A DNA stretch of 64,000 nt from assembly GCF_006345805.1 (NCBI RefSeq), contig NC_042998.1, positions 113,460,001-113,524,000 on the forward strand, in the 5' to 3' direction. How positions within the stretch are numbered: position 1 is the first letter of the stretch; every line of letters begins with the position of its first letter. Origin of the DNA: Octopus sinensis (taxonomy: Eukaryota). The notes below the pieces were generated by a model. The model did not search any database. It had not been told where the DNA came from and saw only the letters and a list, made by a program, of their open reading frames with translations. Positions 50,911 through 64,000 of this stretch are shown here, one piece after another. The position numbers were made by a program, and so were the translations under genes.

Positions 50911-51914
50911 AAAAGTCGTATTTTATTACATTCTTTCATTGCATAACCAAATGCAGCTGTGAGTGTGCGTGTGTATGTGTATGTGTGTATGTGTGAGTGT
51001 GTGTTTGGTTAGGTGCTGTGTTTTGTTTTGTTTCTATATTTTCCATTGTATTTGAAATGACAACAAAGACAAGAGAAAATCTATAAAAAGGACTGAACTA
51101 CATTTCAGGACGTGCCTATGACGCGATTTCAGGCATGTAGATTTATTAGGCGGCGGAATTAATTGAATTGATTCCCTACCAATTTGTGGTTAATATAGTG
51201 TTGTATCAGCAATTCTCTCTCAAATCATATTTTACAGTCTTGGAAAAAGACACGAAGGATAATATGAATTTGGGTTTCTTGAGTACATGATGACGGCTGG
51301 AATATCTTTGATCATAGTTCTGCTCAATCAGGTTGACTTATGGCTAAACAAGAACTACTAATATGACCCCCTCCACAAGCTAACGAAAGAGACTCTATGT
51401 AGTTGTATGATGTGCTAAAAAGAAAAGCCACGAAATCTCTCTCAAATTAGACAACCGTTTAAAAAAGGATACGTGTAGTCCTAGTTACACACTGTCTGAA
51501 AAACAGAACGGATGATCACCGCTGGAACTTCTTTGATTATAGGTGATCTCTCTTAGTGCCGAACTGGCACACACAACGACTACAACTTATCGCTAGCATG
51601 TCTCTTATTAAACTCCACGGTTTATCCAGTTTTCTTTTCTGAAACTGTTTCATCGCCACAAATCTCTCACACATCTCAACTCTTCCTTCCTTTATAATAA
51701 TGATTGTAGAATCATACAAGATTCACAGCTAAATATTTTTAGGGTGAGATTATAAGTCGATTATATCGACCTTAGCGCATGATTGGTACTTAGTAGAACT
51801 CGGCGGATTTGAACTCAGAACATAGGGAGACGATTAAGCTTAGTATTGCATATACAGAAAACAAAAACATTCGGCGTCACATACAGCAATCCTCGACAAC
51901 TATGATACATATAG

Positions 51915-52350
51915 GATAACAATATTCCGAATTACTTCACAATGGAGTACTGCTCTCATATCTGGAACAATGCTGCTGTTGCTGCAAAATGATATCGTAG
52001 ACAGCACCCAGACAAGGGTCACTCGACTGATTAGAATAAGGTCATTCACAGACACGTTCCAGTCTCTGGTCCACAGACTTACTGTCTTATCCATGCTTTT
52101 TCTACCTTTACTTTAATGGGTTCTGCTCTCCAGACCTGGCTGGTATCGTGCCATCATTACTCAGGCATTCCCGATCGATTCTCCTCTCGTCCTCTCGTCG
52201 CCCTCTCGTCATCCAACTTCCTGGCCTTGTACTAATTACTATGCCAAGCCCTTCCTTCCTTCCTAGAATATCGGTTCTCAAGAACTCTCTCCTTGCTCAT
52301 GGCTTTATTGCAGATGTTGACTTGCAATGGTTCAAGAACACATATTAACT
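51915..52350 (+). mobile_element. CR1-like LINE 3' fragment
   Basis: TMEYCSHIW, YFNGFCSPDL, FLPRISVLKNSL, DLQWFK resemble the C-terminus of CR1-clade RT; frameshifted. Confidence 0.7.
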
Positions 52351-52556
52351 TCCAATCTTGAGGGATGGTGCGAAGGCTATGAGCACAGCTCTCTCCTCTA
52401 GACTCAGCGAAAAAGGGGCAAAAAGAAAAAGAAAAAAATGACTTACAACACTCCACAGCATTCTTTTTACCCACAGAACCGCAGAAAACAAAACAAAAAT
52501 ACTCGGTGTTACAGCATTTCTACAACGTTCACAACACATTTTTTGTCAAACGCGCG

Positions 52557-52621
<65 letters not shown>

Positions 52622-54280
52622 ATTGTTTCTGTCATTGGGGACACCATCTTGAAGGATTTAACTTCAGAACAGAAAACCCATCCCTTACACTCCTTTGCTA
52701 TAATTATACTTGTGCATAATAAAGTTATGAATATCATGTCCCTTTAAGATTCAGTAAAGATTTTTTAAATAAAGATTTTTTTAAGTAAAGATTTTCAACC
52801 ATTTTTTACTTATGGGTTTCTTTGATTTCCGTTTTATTTAGACGCACCCTTAGTCATTCAATGTTTTAGAATTCTGATTATAGTTTTATAATTAAATATT
52901 ATTAGAAATTGTGCAAAAATTCTTAAAATACTTCATGTACTGTAGAAGTATAACCAATTTATTGCTCGGTAAAATTTTAACTAAAAAATCTCATATGCCC
53001 ACGTCCACCCAGGATCATATGAACCCCGATTGAGAGTCACTGCTTTAAAGTCTTAAATTGTTTTAAAAAAAAACTCGTAATGCATCAAGATACCCTACGC
53101 GACGCACAGTTTGATATCCACGGGTTTAGCATATTCTTTCTATGAATGGTACTGTGATGTAGGTTACATATGAGCTTTGCTATCCTGAGACTTTCGATAG
53201 TTTTGGAGATGTAATTTTTGCAATGTTATTATATATGTGTGGTTGCTACGAGAGACTACGAGATACTCTGAGGCCTGTTATTTGTATGATATTCATAATA
53301 TTGTTGTACAATTTAGACACGAGGCCACTCATACGGAAATGTAAGCAGTTGATTTTACTGAATCCAGTTGTTGAACATCATATGTCCTCGAAATGACTGA
53401 GTTGTTAGAGTGTCAGATAGAGTGCCCCCGAAGCATGTATTCTGACTCTCTGCGCTCTGAGTTGATATTTTGCCCAGATCAACTTTGCTTTTCATTTTCC
53501 TGAGTTCGATAAATAAAGTATCATTCTACTAGTGGATTGGTATAATATCCAAGCGTAATATGTCATGCGGTATCTGTTTCGATTCTGTGCATTCTGAGTT
53601 GAAATTCTGACCTCTGCCACCAGGAAGTTAAAAAAAAAAAGAAAACTTGAGAACCAACAAGGAATATGATATACTTCGAAACCTCAAGTATTTCGGATGA
53701 TAATTTTACAACCAGCATACTAGCTGACAAGATAAAATGTATATGAATTTTCACACTCTGTGCAAGAACGAATAAGCAAACAGCGTGGCAGATGAAAATC
53801 AATCTGGGAAGAATGAAGATCAAAGGAAAGGAAAGTAAATAGATACTGCAAGGAAAGTAAATAGATACTTCATTGATTTTGCTAAGCACGACTACGCTGT
53901 TTTTGATATATAGTATTACACACAGAAAGGAAAATTACAGACCATAAATAAAAATGTAAAGAAACTCAACAAGGGAAACAACTCTTAATATATTGCCGAA
54001 GAGTTATGTTTCTTAAACTCGTAGCATTCGCGAAGACATATTTTTGCCAGGTACAGAAGATTCCGTTAACTGCTTAATAGATCATGGAATAGTTCAATTA
54101 ATTGTATATTTTTCGAAACAAAGAACTGTTTACTATCATCTCTATGCGAATGAAGTATATTTCAAATTATTGCACGAGATCCCCCCTACCTTATTTGAGT
54201 AAGAAATTGACAAAAGGTTGCACAAAATTGAACATGAATTCGATTTTATATGAATAAAGTGGTTTTGTAAGATGCTGTTT

Positions 54281-54321
<41 letters not shown>

Positions 54322-54609
54322 CTACTAGAAGGTCACATGTTTTTTAAAGCTATTTTGAAATTTAATTCTATATTTAAGTGGGACGACGGGGCATAATATA
54401 TTGTGAATGGTTATTTCGTGAATACTTTTAAATGTAAATCTTGTACCTTTATTATCACATTATAACACCTGATTTACCAATTTTCTCTAGCATATCAACA
54501 CTTCAAAACCATAAAGCTACTAATACATTTTCATTTCTTTCCAGATTGTTTCGGAAATATTCAACTCAGTCATATTATCTGTGATCCAGATTACATTTCC
54601 AGTATACTT

Positions 54610-56800
54610 AAAGCTACAAAACTTTCTGAAATTGAACAAAGAAAGATTCTTGCAGTGAAAGCAGAAGGAATGAGTAACTGGAAGATTGCCAAGAAGATTC
54701 GATGAAGCAGAACGCCAGTGAGCAATTTTATGAAAGATCCTGACGGCTACAATAAAGTTCATGCTGGTAGACGTCAGGAAGGGATGAAAGGGCCATTGTC
54801 AGAGCTGTAAAGAAGTCACGCTGCTCTTCTGTTTCCAAAATCGAGGCATCAGCAATAGTAGGAACCTCGACATCTACCGTAAGAAGAGTAATTTTGAACC
54901 ATGGTTTCCACCTGAAGAAGTGGTTAGGACGTCCTTTATTGTCCCCTTTCCACAAAGCTGTTAGATTGGAGTTTGCTTGGCAGCATCAGATGCGGGATAA
55001 TGAATGGACAAGAGTTCTGTTCTCTGATGAGAAAAAATGGAATTTGGATGGCCCCCGACGGCTATAAGTATTACTGGGTAGATAGATGTATACAGATTTC
55101 TACTTATTCCAAGTGGCAGAGCAGCAGAGGAAGTCTTATGGTGTGGGGATCAATATCTGCCAATGGGAAGCTGCCACTTATCATCATGGATATCCGTTTC
55201 AATGCTGCACAATACATCAATATGTTGGACGGTGCTCACATTGATGTAGAAGGAAGACTTTACATCGAGAACTTCATATTTTAATATACGAGGTAGCCTT
55301 GTCACGAGTTCAAATCATTGAACAAAAATGTAATGTGTTCATTGGAAAGTGGCTAGGCCTACCTCGGATGTTGAACAGTTCAGCTCTTTATCGTAATAGA
55401 GGTTCGTTACAGTTACCACTGGCGTCAATAGTCGAAATATATAAACTGGGGAAGATACGGACGGTGATGATGCCGAGAGAATCGTAGGACATGGAAATCA
55501 GGCGTAACCCACCAGAGGTGAAAACAGTTCGGAAGTGGAAAGCAGAAGCTGAGGCTGATGACATCTTGTATTCTCTTACACACAGAGATATGATGGGTGC
55601 AACGCAAAACCATCGGAAAGGACTTGGCTTTTGCGCAGATCAGTTCAGACCGTTTGCGAGTATGATGCGGAGCGGACGCGGATCTGTTGTTAGCAACAGC
55701 GTCAAAATGAGGGAAGCAGAGAGAATCGAGCTTCATTTGATCCGATGTATTCAACAAGGACAGATGACGAGATGGGAAGAACATGTTGTTGAAAGGAAAA
55801 TAAGTTAGGATGAGATATGGAAGTGGAACTCATCTCGGCTAAGTTTTCTGATTCGTTCATCCTATGATGTTTTGCCATCACCTACAAATCTAGTAAGATG
55901 GAACGTTTCAGATAATGACATATGCAAATGCGGAAAGGCCGGAACACTGAAACATTCTTTCCAACTGTTCATTGGCATTGAGCAGGTATACATGGAGACA
56001 CAACCTGGTCTTTAAGGTTATCTTCAATGCTATAAAGAACCAAATTGATCTCAACAACAGTGAGAAAAAACCGTTGAAAATACCAACTAGAGATTTCATT
56101 ACCTTCGTGTGCTCAGGACAGCGGATCTGTTTCAAGAGAAGAACAAGAAACTTCCTGTGAGAGATGAAAATTGGAACAGCTTTTGGGAGGTGACTGCAGA
56201 TTTACCAGGGTGCCAAGGACTCTTTCCCATCCCAGTTACGAAAAAACTGGACATCTTAATGTAGTGTGAAGGAAAGAAAGTCGTAAATCTAGTCGAGTTA
56301 ACAGTTACTCATGAAGATAATATAGACGCCGCTCGGGCTCGAAAGATTGACCGTTATGTAAACCTTCTCGAGGAATGTGAAGACGCAGGCTGGAAAGTCG
56401 GATGTAGAGGGTTTGTTGGGCACAGTGTGAGACGACTGTTGTTATCGTTAGGCCTAACCCATTGTAAGGTAAATACCACCATGACCGATATCCAAACTAT
56501 AGTGGAGAAGGCTAGTCGCTGGATTTGGTTAAAAAGAGACGATGAGCAATGGCTAGAGAAATATTGAGCTATATTTAATAACCAGTTGATCTAGCAAGCG
56601 TGGCCTCATATCAGTGATGCCGTTGAGAGGTAGGCCCTGAAACGGCGCGCATTCTCTCCTGATGACCCCATACACTTGCTGGCTTTTGGTATGCGGAATT
56701 CTCGACTGGTAGAACTTGCATGACATCCAGGACAATGTTCCTATTTATAAAGCAAAGGCAACTTTGGATTTCCTCTAGACAGAAAAATAAATATTCTTCT
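54610..56800 (+). mobile_element. Tc3-like (Tc1/mariner) transposase pseudogene, split by a HERO insertion
   Basis: KLSEIEQRKILAVKAEGMSNWKIAKKI (HTH); VLFSDEKKWNLDGP/DGYKYYW; SLMVWGSI; ENFIF [insert about 55280-56725] QDNVPIYKAKATLDF. Confidence 0.88.
55280..56725 (+). mobile_element. HERO-like non-LTR retrotransposon 3' fragment (RLE endonuclease)
   Basis: LIYEV...KWLGLPR..SSALY; FLIRSSYDVLPSPTNL..W; CCHC knuckle CKCGKAGTLKHILSNC; RYTWRHN; VELTV..EDNI; VGCRGF. Confidence 0.85.
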
Positions 56801-57447
56801 TCAGTAATATGTAAATACCAAAATACGTCGCGCCTGTTTTCGAAAGATTAGCAATCTGTTGTTTAATACACGCATAAAAAAATACTTAATCTTATTTGCC
56901 TAGGTGTAATTAGAACTATTTTCGCACAACCTTTGACTAAAACATTTGAAGAAACATCTTGTACAATTATATTTCAAAGAAACCTAAACATATACAGGTA
57001 TGATTCACCCTGCATCGTTAATTGGTTCCAGGAGACACGACTTGAGTCGAATAGCATACTCAATGTATCGGTCGGTTTTGCTTGTTCGCACGTTCGCCGC
57101 CGTATAGTAACTGGAAAAGGACTCCGTCATTACGTTGGGTGTTAAAAGTCATAGACCGACTCGACAACTCGTCACTGATCTCATTGAGGTGTGATGGACA
57201 CCGATATTTCGCCATTTTGTGGCTAATGAACATCACATCATGTGTGTGTGTGTCTTTGTGACTGTGTTTGTTCCCCACTCATCGCTTGACAACTGGTGTT
57301 AGTGTGTTTATGTCCCCGTAACTTAGCGAATCGGCAGGAGAGACCTATAGAATATGTAACAGACTTATAATAAAATTAGTAATGGGGTCGATTCGTTCGA
57401 CGATGCCTCAGTGTAGCCGCCGCCTGACTGCGCCAAATATAATATAA

Positions 57448-59715
57448 CTAGCAGAATTGCCCGGCGATGCTCGGGGCTGAATTGCTTGAAAGTACTGTTA
57501 ATGATTGCACTGAATTATGATGATTATTCAGGCAAATATTGATATAAGTTTACGGCGAATGAATGTATTTCTAATTGTATAGAAAGCCGTGTAAAGGGGT
57601 TCCTAACCCCTCGTAGAATGGTGTAAGAATTGAATGCGAGGTTGCCTTGAAAAAAGCCATGTTATTGTTCTCATAATTGTAAGAATTTGATAGTCGTGGA
57701 AGGCGGTGTAAAACGTTCGCAGGTGAATAGGGTCTCTTCGTTTTCCACGAACGGCAGCGGATGTGCTGTTACAAAACTTCATGCTGTGTTAAAAGAGAAT
57801 GGATGCCCTATGTAGGCAAGAGGGGAATGAAGCATGGGTAAGTAAATATGGGTAATTTATAAAATATAGAACAATAGCATCTACTCACCATATGTAAGAC
57901 CGGCAAGACTGTAGTGGTGCTGAATAGATGAATCACAACACAGTGGTGGAGGTGTTTTCATTGATGGGCGTTATGATTAAATTTGTTGTTGTATAAAATG
58001 ATCTGTTGCTTAGTTTCCAAAGTGTATGTTGCGATCGTGTTGTCGCTTATGTAAACTTTAACAGTAAGAGTGTAGATGTAGGGGGTAGATGTGTCATGTA
58101 TGTTGGATATAGAAGATGAGGCTGGTGGTTTGATGATGAATGGATAGAAATAGAGGTGAGCGAAGGACAGGTGTTGGTTAAGTGTGAATTAATGTAATGA
58201 AACGCTTAAAAATGTAAATGCCATCATAAAAGAGAGTCGTATGTAAGTGAAATACTAACGTGTTCGAAAATGATGAAACGTAATCCTATAAAACCTCCTT
58301 GTACTCAATGTTTTTTGTTTTTCGTTGTGGAACGAATGTGAAAGCATCACGGTTGCTGCCGACACGCGAGCAGGCAGCATAAAGCTGACCATGAGAGAAA
58401 CATGGCTCTCCCAAATGTATTCCCGCCACAGACAGTGTTTGACCCTGCGCTTTGTTAATTGACATTGCGAAACATGGCCTTACTGGGAACTGGGACCTCC
58501 GAAATATGAAAGGTAGGTCTGCTCCTGATGGGAAAAGATGCATCCTAGGTATAACGTTGCCTCGACCGCACCCTGTGATAATGGTGGCCTCAATCAGATT
58601 GGGAGATAAGGACTTAACGATGAAACGTGTGCCATTGCATTGTTTTAGGGGAACCAAATTTCTAATGAGCATTATAGGGGCACCAACTTTAAGTTTGAGA
58701 ATGTGTGGTGGTAGTCCGGGGGGCTCAAAGGAATTGAGTACCTCTATTGGATAGTTGATGACGTCCTCTGGGTCAGGAGTTGTATCGATAGACTTATATA
58801 CATAGACATCCCCAGAAATGAGTTTTAACATTTCATCATTAATATGGTGAACAGTTTTATTCCTCGGGGCCAGAATAGCCCTTTGGCCAATCCAATCCAT
58901 ATTCTGATAATTAGCTTGTAGATTGGGAACACTGCATCTCTGAGATCAGAAGGCGTTTTAAAATGGTTACAAATGGAATCGATGGCAATATTACCATTTT
59001 CATCCCCTGGTATTTTGCCTTCGCCAAGTGCAAGGAGGGTGTGAGAAACATGCTGCTGATGTGATATCACGTCGCATATGAGCACGCATATTGGTGTGAA
59101 GTTTGAGAGTCTTCACCAGTGGCCACAATGTGGATGACTTAAGACACGAACTTACTGCATCAGCTGTAGTCCCTTTGGGAATAACAGGAAGTGTTTGTCG
59201 GAAGTCCCCTGAAAGAAGAAGTGTTATGCCTCCCATGGGAGCTGAAGAGTGTTTGATGTCTCTGAGAGATCTATCTAGTGTCTCAAGAGCACGTCTGTGG
59301 GCCATCGTGCATTCATCCGAAACGATAAGCTTGCATCGTCTGAAGACTTCTGCCTAATCGGAGCTGTTACTGATGTTGCAAGTTGGTGTCTCAGTCTTCG
59401 CTAAGTCAAGCGGGAGCTTGAAAGTGGAGTGAGTTGTCCTGCCGCCTGGCAACAAAGTAGCCGCAATTCCAGATGATGCTACAGCTAGGGCAATACCTTG
59501 TGTTCGCCTAATCTCAGCCAATATTAATTTGTTGAAAAAAGTTTCCCAGTGCCCCCAGGAGCGTCCAGGAAAAAAATCCCCCCAGCTTTGGCCCGGACTG
59601 AATTAACAACGGAGTCGTAAGCGAACCTCTGTTCTGGAAGGAGCTTTGGCTCATTGTCGGCTATGTACTCGGCAAGCTCGTCAACATTAAAACATGTCTC
59701 ACGCAGCAAATGTGA
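57448..59715 (-). mobile_element. Helitron 3' half with PIF1-family helicase pseudogene
   Basis: FFLDAPGGTGK, SSGIAATLLPGGRT, GDFRQTLPV, AILAPRN, NGTR, QFPVRPCFAMSINKAQGQTL, FSHGQLY..CSRV; 3' hairpin 57460-57475 and terminal CTAG|T at 57448; Rep domain absent. Confidence 0.93.
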
Positions 59716-60691
59716 AGACAGAGTGTTTGTGCTTACACATGCCAAGTCACCACACAGTGGGACTGAACCCAGGACCATGTGTTTGGAACGTAGTTTGTTA
59801 CCACACAGCCACACCTGCCCCTATGTATGTGTGTGTGTGTGCGTATGTATGTATGGGCAGATATATTATGCATGTATATATGTGTATATATATATGTGTA
59901 CATCTATATATATACATCTACACATAAAATACAAAATACAAAGTTATATCTTGATATCGCTAGTGATAACAATACTCAAAATATATAACAGACTGGAATT
60001 GTAGGCCTGTCTCTTGCAATTTCGATCAATTGGATCTTGTCCTCCCTCTTGTATAGAAGTGTACGGCTGCAGCGAAATTCGTTTTTGGACTTTCTTCTAT
60101 CGAAGGCATTTTAAGAAAAATGCTTCCGTAAAGACGGTGAAAATATTGTCAATTCCCCAAACGGACACAATTCAATTTTTAAACAATAACCAAAGCCCCT
60201 TCTCGAAGGGGGAGGGTACGGTTTACAATTATTTAACAAATGCAACACAACAACGTTTCCCTGACGAGGAACCAACAAACGTGATTACAAAGTCAAACAG
60301 TAATAATAATAAACACCAAACCTTTTAATTTATCCCTATTTATGTGAAACCACTTATTCAAGTTCAAGTCATTGATGCAATTTTATACGAATTGCTAATA
60401 CACACACATACACATACACACACACACACATAATAAGGGTGAAAAATTGAATATTAATTTGATTAATATGAATTGAAAACCAGTGGTACAGCATATAAGA
60501 CCATAGCGGATCTTCCTCTAGCAAAAAGGATGACCAGTATTAATGGCTCATCTCTGTTATATAAATACTTTCACTTTAATAGTTTCACACTTGCAAAGAG
60601 AAAGTAGGAGAAAGTGTGGTGGTAATGGAAGGAGTAAACCACTTGAAATGAGAGAGGCAAATCGTAAAATATTGAGTTTTCTCGAATTTTT

Positions 60692-62184
60692 AATTAAATA
60701 AGAGATAAAACCACTATTAGGCAAATCAAAGAGTGAAAAACATAAACCAAAACATGAAAATAAATATAATATAATATACAAAATAAATAAAATATAAAAT
60801 TTAAAAATTTAACTTATTTAAACTTAAAATTTTTAATTTATATATATATAAATTTTATATTTTTTAATATAATTTTTTAAATTTTAAATTTAGAAATTTT
60901 TAAACTTTTAATTTTCTATTTTATTTTATTTATTTATTTATTTTTTAAAAATAACTATCAAAAAGTATTAAAAAGTTTAATATATTATGATAAGTAAAAC
61001 CACTACGTACGTTTCATGGCCATAACCCAATTCGAATTACAATAATTTAAATTCAATTAAAATCCGAATTATAATTATAGTCAATCTTCAGGTTAATGAT
61101 AATAGATAAATAAGCAAAGTAAACCTTTTTATTAAAGTTATTTTAATAATTTATGTTATATTGTATTATATTGGATACTATATAACTACGGATTGATAAT
61201 TTGATTGTATAAGTATTTAGTTGTTGAAGATATGTATTTCATTAGATTATAACTATACGGTTTTTGTAAGTTATTAATTAGCCAACGAGGTATATTGATC
61301 GTTAAATAGTTATACGGTTTTTTAAAGATAGATTATGCGTTTATAATTTGCTTTTTCATCTTTAATTTTTTAATATATTTCGAAAGTAATAATGGAATAA
61401 TTAATTTATTTAGTTTTCATTATACGTATATATATATATTTATTGATAGAGAAAATTTTAGATCTTAATTATTATATTTATTGATAATAATTAGTTATTA
61501 TTCTTAAATATTTTAATTATAAATTTGAACTTAAATTTAAAATATGAATAGTGATATTTTTTGTTAAATAATTTGGTAATTAAATATTGACTAAACTGAG
61601 ATTAGATGATTCGTGAGTTTATTATGTTTTTTAAAGCCACATTATATCTTAATAGATAAATACATTTTCTATCTATTTTTACCTTAAAAATTAATATTTA
61701 ACATTATAATTGGATTGTATGACATAATCCTAATCGTTAAATTTTTAAATTTGATAATAGAGTTTTTTTATAAGAAAAATTATTTTATTTATTTCTTTAA
61801 AAATGTTTAAATATATTTGCTTATTTATTTAACTATCATTTACCTGAAGATTGACTATAACTATAATTCGAATTTTTAATTGAATTTAAATTATTGTAAT
61901 TCGAATTAGGTTATGACCATGAAACGTCCGTAGTGGTTTTACTTATTATCTTATATTAACTTTTTAATACTTTTTGATAGTTATTTAAAAAAAATTAAAA
62001 GTTTAAACATTTATAAATTTAAAATTTAAAGAAAAAAAAAAATTTATAAAATTTTAAATTTAAATAATTTAAATTTTTACACTTTATATTTTATATATTT
62101 TGTATATATAGATATTATTTTCATGTTTGGTTTATGTTTTTCACTGTTTGATTTGCTAATAGTGGTTTTATCTCTAATTTAATT
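60692..62184. repeat. Long AT-rich imperfect inverted repeat (foldback-like)
   Basis: Arms 60692-61118 and 61816-62184 align by eye along their length, with indels in the A/T tracts; spacer about 700 bp. Confidence 0.88.
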
Positions 62185-62253
62185 TATATTTATACTGTGA
62201 AATTTGATTTAATCCTAATCTAATTTTGCCTGAAAGTTTAGATTACTCCCTAA

Positions 62254-62258
<5 letters not shown>

Positions 62259-62336
<78 letters not shown>

Positions 62337-62358
62337 GTATATATATATGTATATATAT

Positions 62359-62415
<57 letters not shown>

Positions 62416-62425
62416 GTATATATAG
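62259..62425. repeat. Long interrupted (TA)n microsatellite
   Basis: Direct read. Confidence 0.95.
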
Positions 62426-62429
62426 TTAT

Positions 62430-62645
62430 GTGTATGAGTCTTTGTGTCTGTGGTTGTCCCCCACTATCACTACTTGACAACCGATGTTGGTGTGTTTACG
62501 TTTCCGTAACTTAGTGGTTCGGCAAGAGACGAAAAAAAAGTACTAGGCTTATAAATATCCTGAGGTCGATTTGTTCGACTAAAACCCTTCAAGGCGCTGC
62601 TCCAGCATGGCCACAGTCAATGGCTGAAACAAATAAGAGAGTAAA
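62430..62645 (+). mobile_element. SINE 3' portion
   Basis: ttgacaaccgatgttggtgtgtttacg..taacttagtggttcggca..ccagcatggccacagtc..gctgaaacaaataag. Confidence 0.75.
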
Positions 62646-62714
62646 AGAATACATACATACATACATACATACATACATACATACATCCATCCATACATAC
62701 ATAAATACATGCAT

Positions 62715-62752
<38 letters not shown>

Positions 62753-63811
62753 ATACGTATGTTGGTGCAAACAGGAAAAATAGAACCAAAATATGAGTAT
62801 ATATGTATTTTTATTAATATTTATCAGAAGCAACTAAGTGAATCAAAGCCTGAGAGTTTCGTGCGTTGGCACACGTAAAGACACAATTACGTATACAAAT
62901 ATATATACATATACACATAAATATGTTCGTTTTTGTGTTTGTCCATCTACCGCTTGAAAGCCAGTGTTGGCTTCTTTATGTCGGACATTATTTCTGAAGA
63001 ATCTACTCTGCTTTCCAAAAACCTAAAAGTGAAACATTGGGAGTTTGTAACTTTTGAAAGTTGTGTGGTGATAGGTGGATGTTTTGGAAGGAAATGTTAG
63101 TGTTTCTATAAGAAAAAAGAAAGAAGAAAATTCTTAAAGATTCGTGCTCTCTGTTTTTTCTCCGTGAATTACCAAGAAAAAGATTTAAAAAAGTAATAAA
63201 TGAAGAAATTGGGATGGGAAGGGAGAAAATTAAAATACGTCTTTTGGGCGAAATCCCAATCTCTTGTATTGAAAACATAGGAATCGGAAGAAATTTAGGG
63301 AAAAATCAGGGGGGAGGGGCGCAAATGTCATCCCGGACACGCTAGAAAACAACAGGTAAAGAGCAGGATTTCTGGGAGAACTTCCTTTTAAATTTATATC
63401 GAAGATCAGATTTTTAAATACACTCATCACAGAATAGAAAAAAAAAATGATTTCAATTGGATTTGAGCTGTAATTTTGCGCGTGCACATAGCAAGAAGTT
63501 TTACCTAGTGTGTGTGTGTGTGTCAGAGGAAGTTATTTTATGGCATTTTTGTGTTTGAAGCAGGAAAGAAAGTTGTTACTTCGATCATATGGTCGATCAT
63601 ATGGGATCATATAATTGTTCGTTAATTTCTGTAAAATTTTTTGTTTTATTTCTTTATGATTCGAAGAGAGCAGAAATTGAAAGAGAGGAGAAAGTGAAAA
63701 GGCGACATTTGCTTTTAAGTGAGAGCAGAAAGTGAAAGAGAGGAGAAAGTGAAAAATGTATGTACGTGTATATGAAATGGACATGTGTATGTGTGTGTGT
63801 GTGTGTGTGTA

Positions 63812-63858
<47 letters not shown>

Positions 63859-64000
63859 GAGTGAAGGTGTGTGTTGTCACGTATGTATATGTAAGTGGCA
63901 CTCACTATCTCTTTCTCTCTCTCTGTCTGTTTCTCTCTCTCACACATACATTATCTTTCATATGCACGTACAAAAATACATATACATACATCTTTTTTTG

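Noticed and set aside
50476-50996. Poly-His/Asp/Val/Pro ORFs resembling low-complexity proteins
   Set aside because: All arise from one compound triplet repeat that is open in many frames; no unique coding flanks.
56655-56705. Hammerhead ribozyme in the HERO 3' UTR (CTGATGA...gtatgcggaat)
   Set aside because: No GAAA after stem II, no G10-C11 closing pair, and no stems I/III.
60000-60110. Minus-strand peptide LYKREDKIQLIEIARD resembling a pogo/CENP-B HTH start
   Set aside because: Too short, closed by a stop, and no downstream DDE domain.
63585-63760. Short local duplications (gatcatatg x3; gagagcagaaa..gaaagagaggagaaagtgaaaa x2)
   Set aside because: Simple slippage in low-complexity DNA with no supporting structure.

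Overview
AT-rich eukaryotic genomic DNA with dense (CA)n/(TA)n/(TACA)n microsatellites and tRNA-derived SINE families that I recognise from memory as typical of octopods, so most likely Octopus; the species cannot be fixed from sequence alone. Two spliced genes were reconstructed by hand. (1) A complete VDAC/porin on the + strand: 8 coding exons, 8536-19635, 849 nt, 282 aa, all introns GT-AG and phase-consistent. (2) A complete two-exon CE4 polysaccharide/chitin deacetylase-like gene on the - strand: 49357-48980 joined to 36025-35060, 447 aa, with a signal peptide and a GPI-like hydrophobic C-terminus. The rest is transposon debris: two RTE LINEs (one with an almost intact ORF and a PHD-like finger), a Penelope-like element, CR1 and HERO fragments, a Tc3-like transposase split by the HERO copy, a Helitron 3' half, Helentron-type non-autonomous elements, MITEs and SINE stacks. 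The most unusual signals are a 221-bp near-perfect inverted repeat whose only three mismatches are C<->G, a 1.5-kb extremely AT-rich foldback, the probable GPI anchor on the deacetylase, a uORF-bearing candidate 5' UTR exon of VDAC, a tRNA-like module directly behind the Penelope ORF, and a CpG-depleted domain over VDAC. No CRISPR array, rRNA or functional tRNA gene was found. Most ORFs in the supplied track are microsatellite or antisense artefacts. I found no clear evidence of a wholly new multi-gene system.
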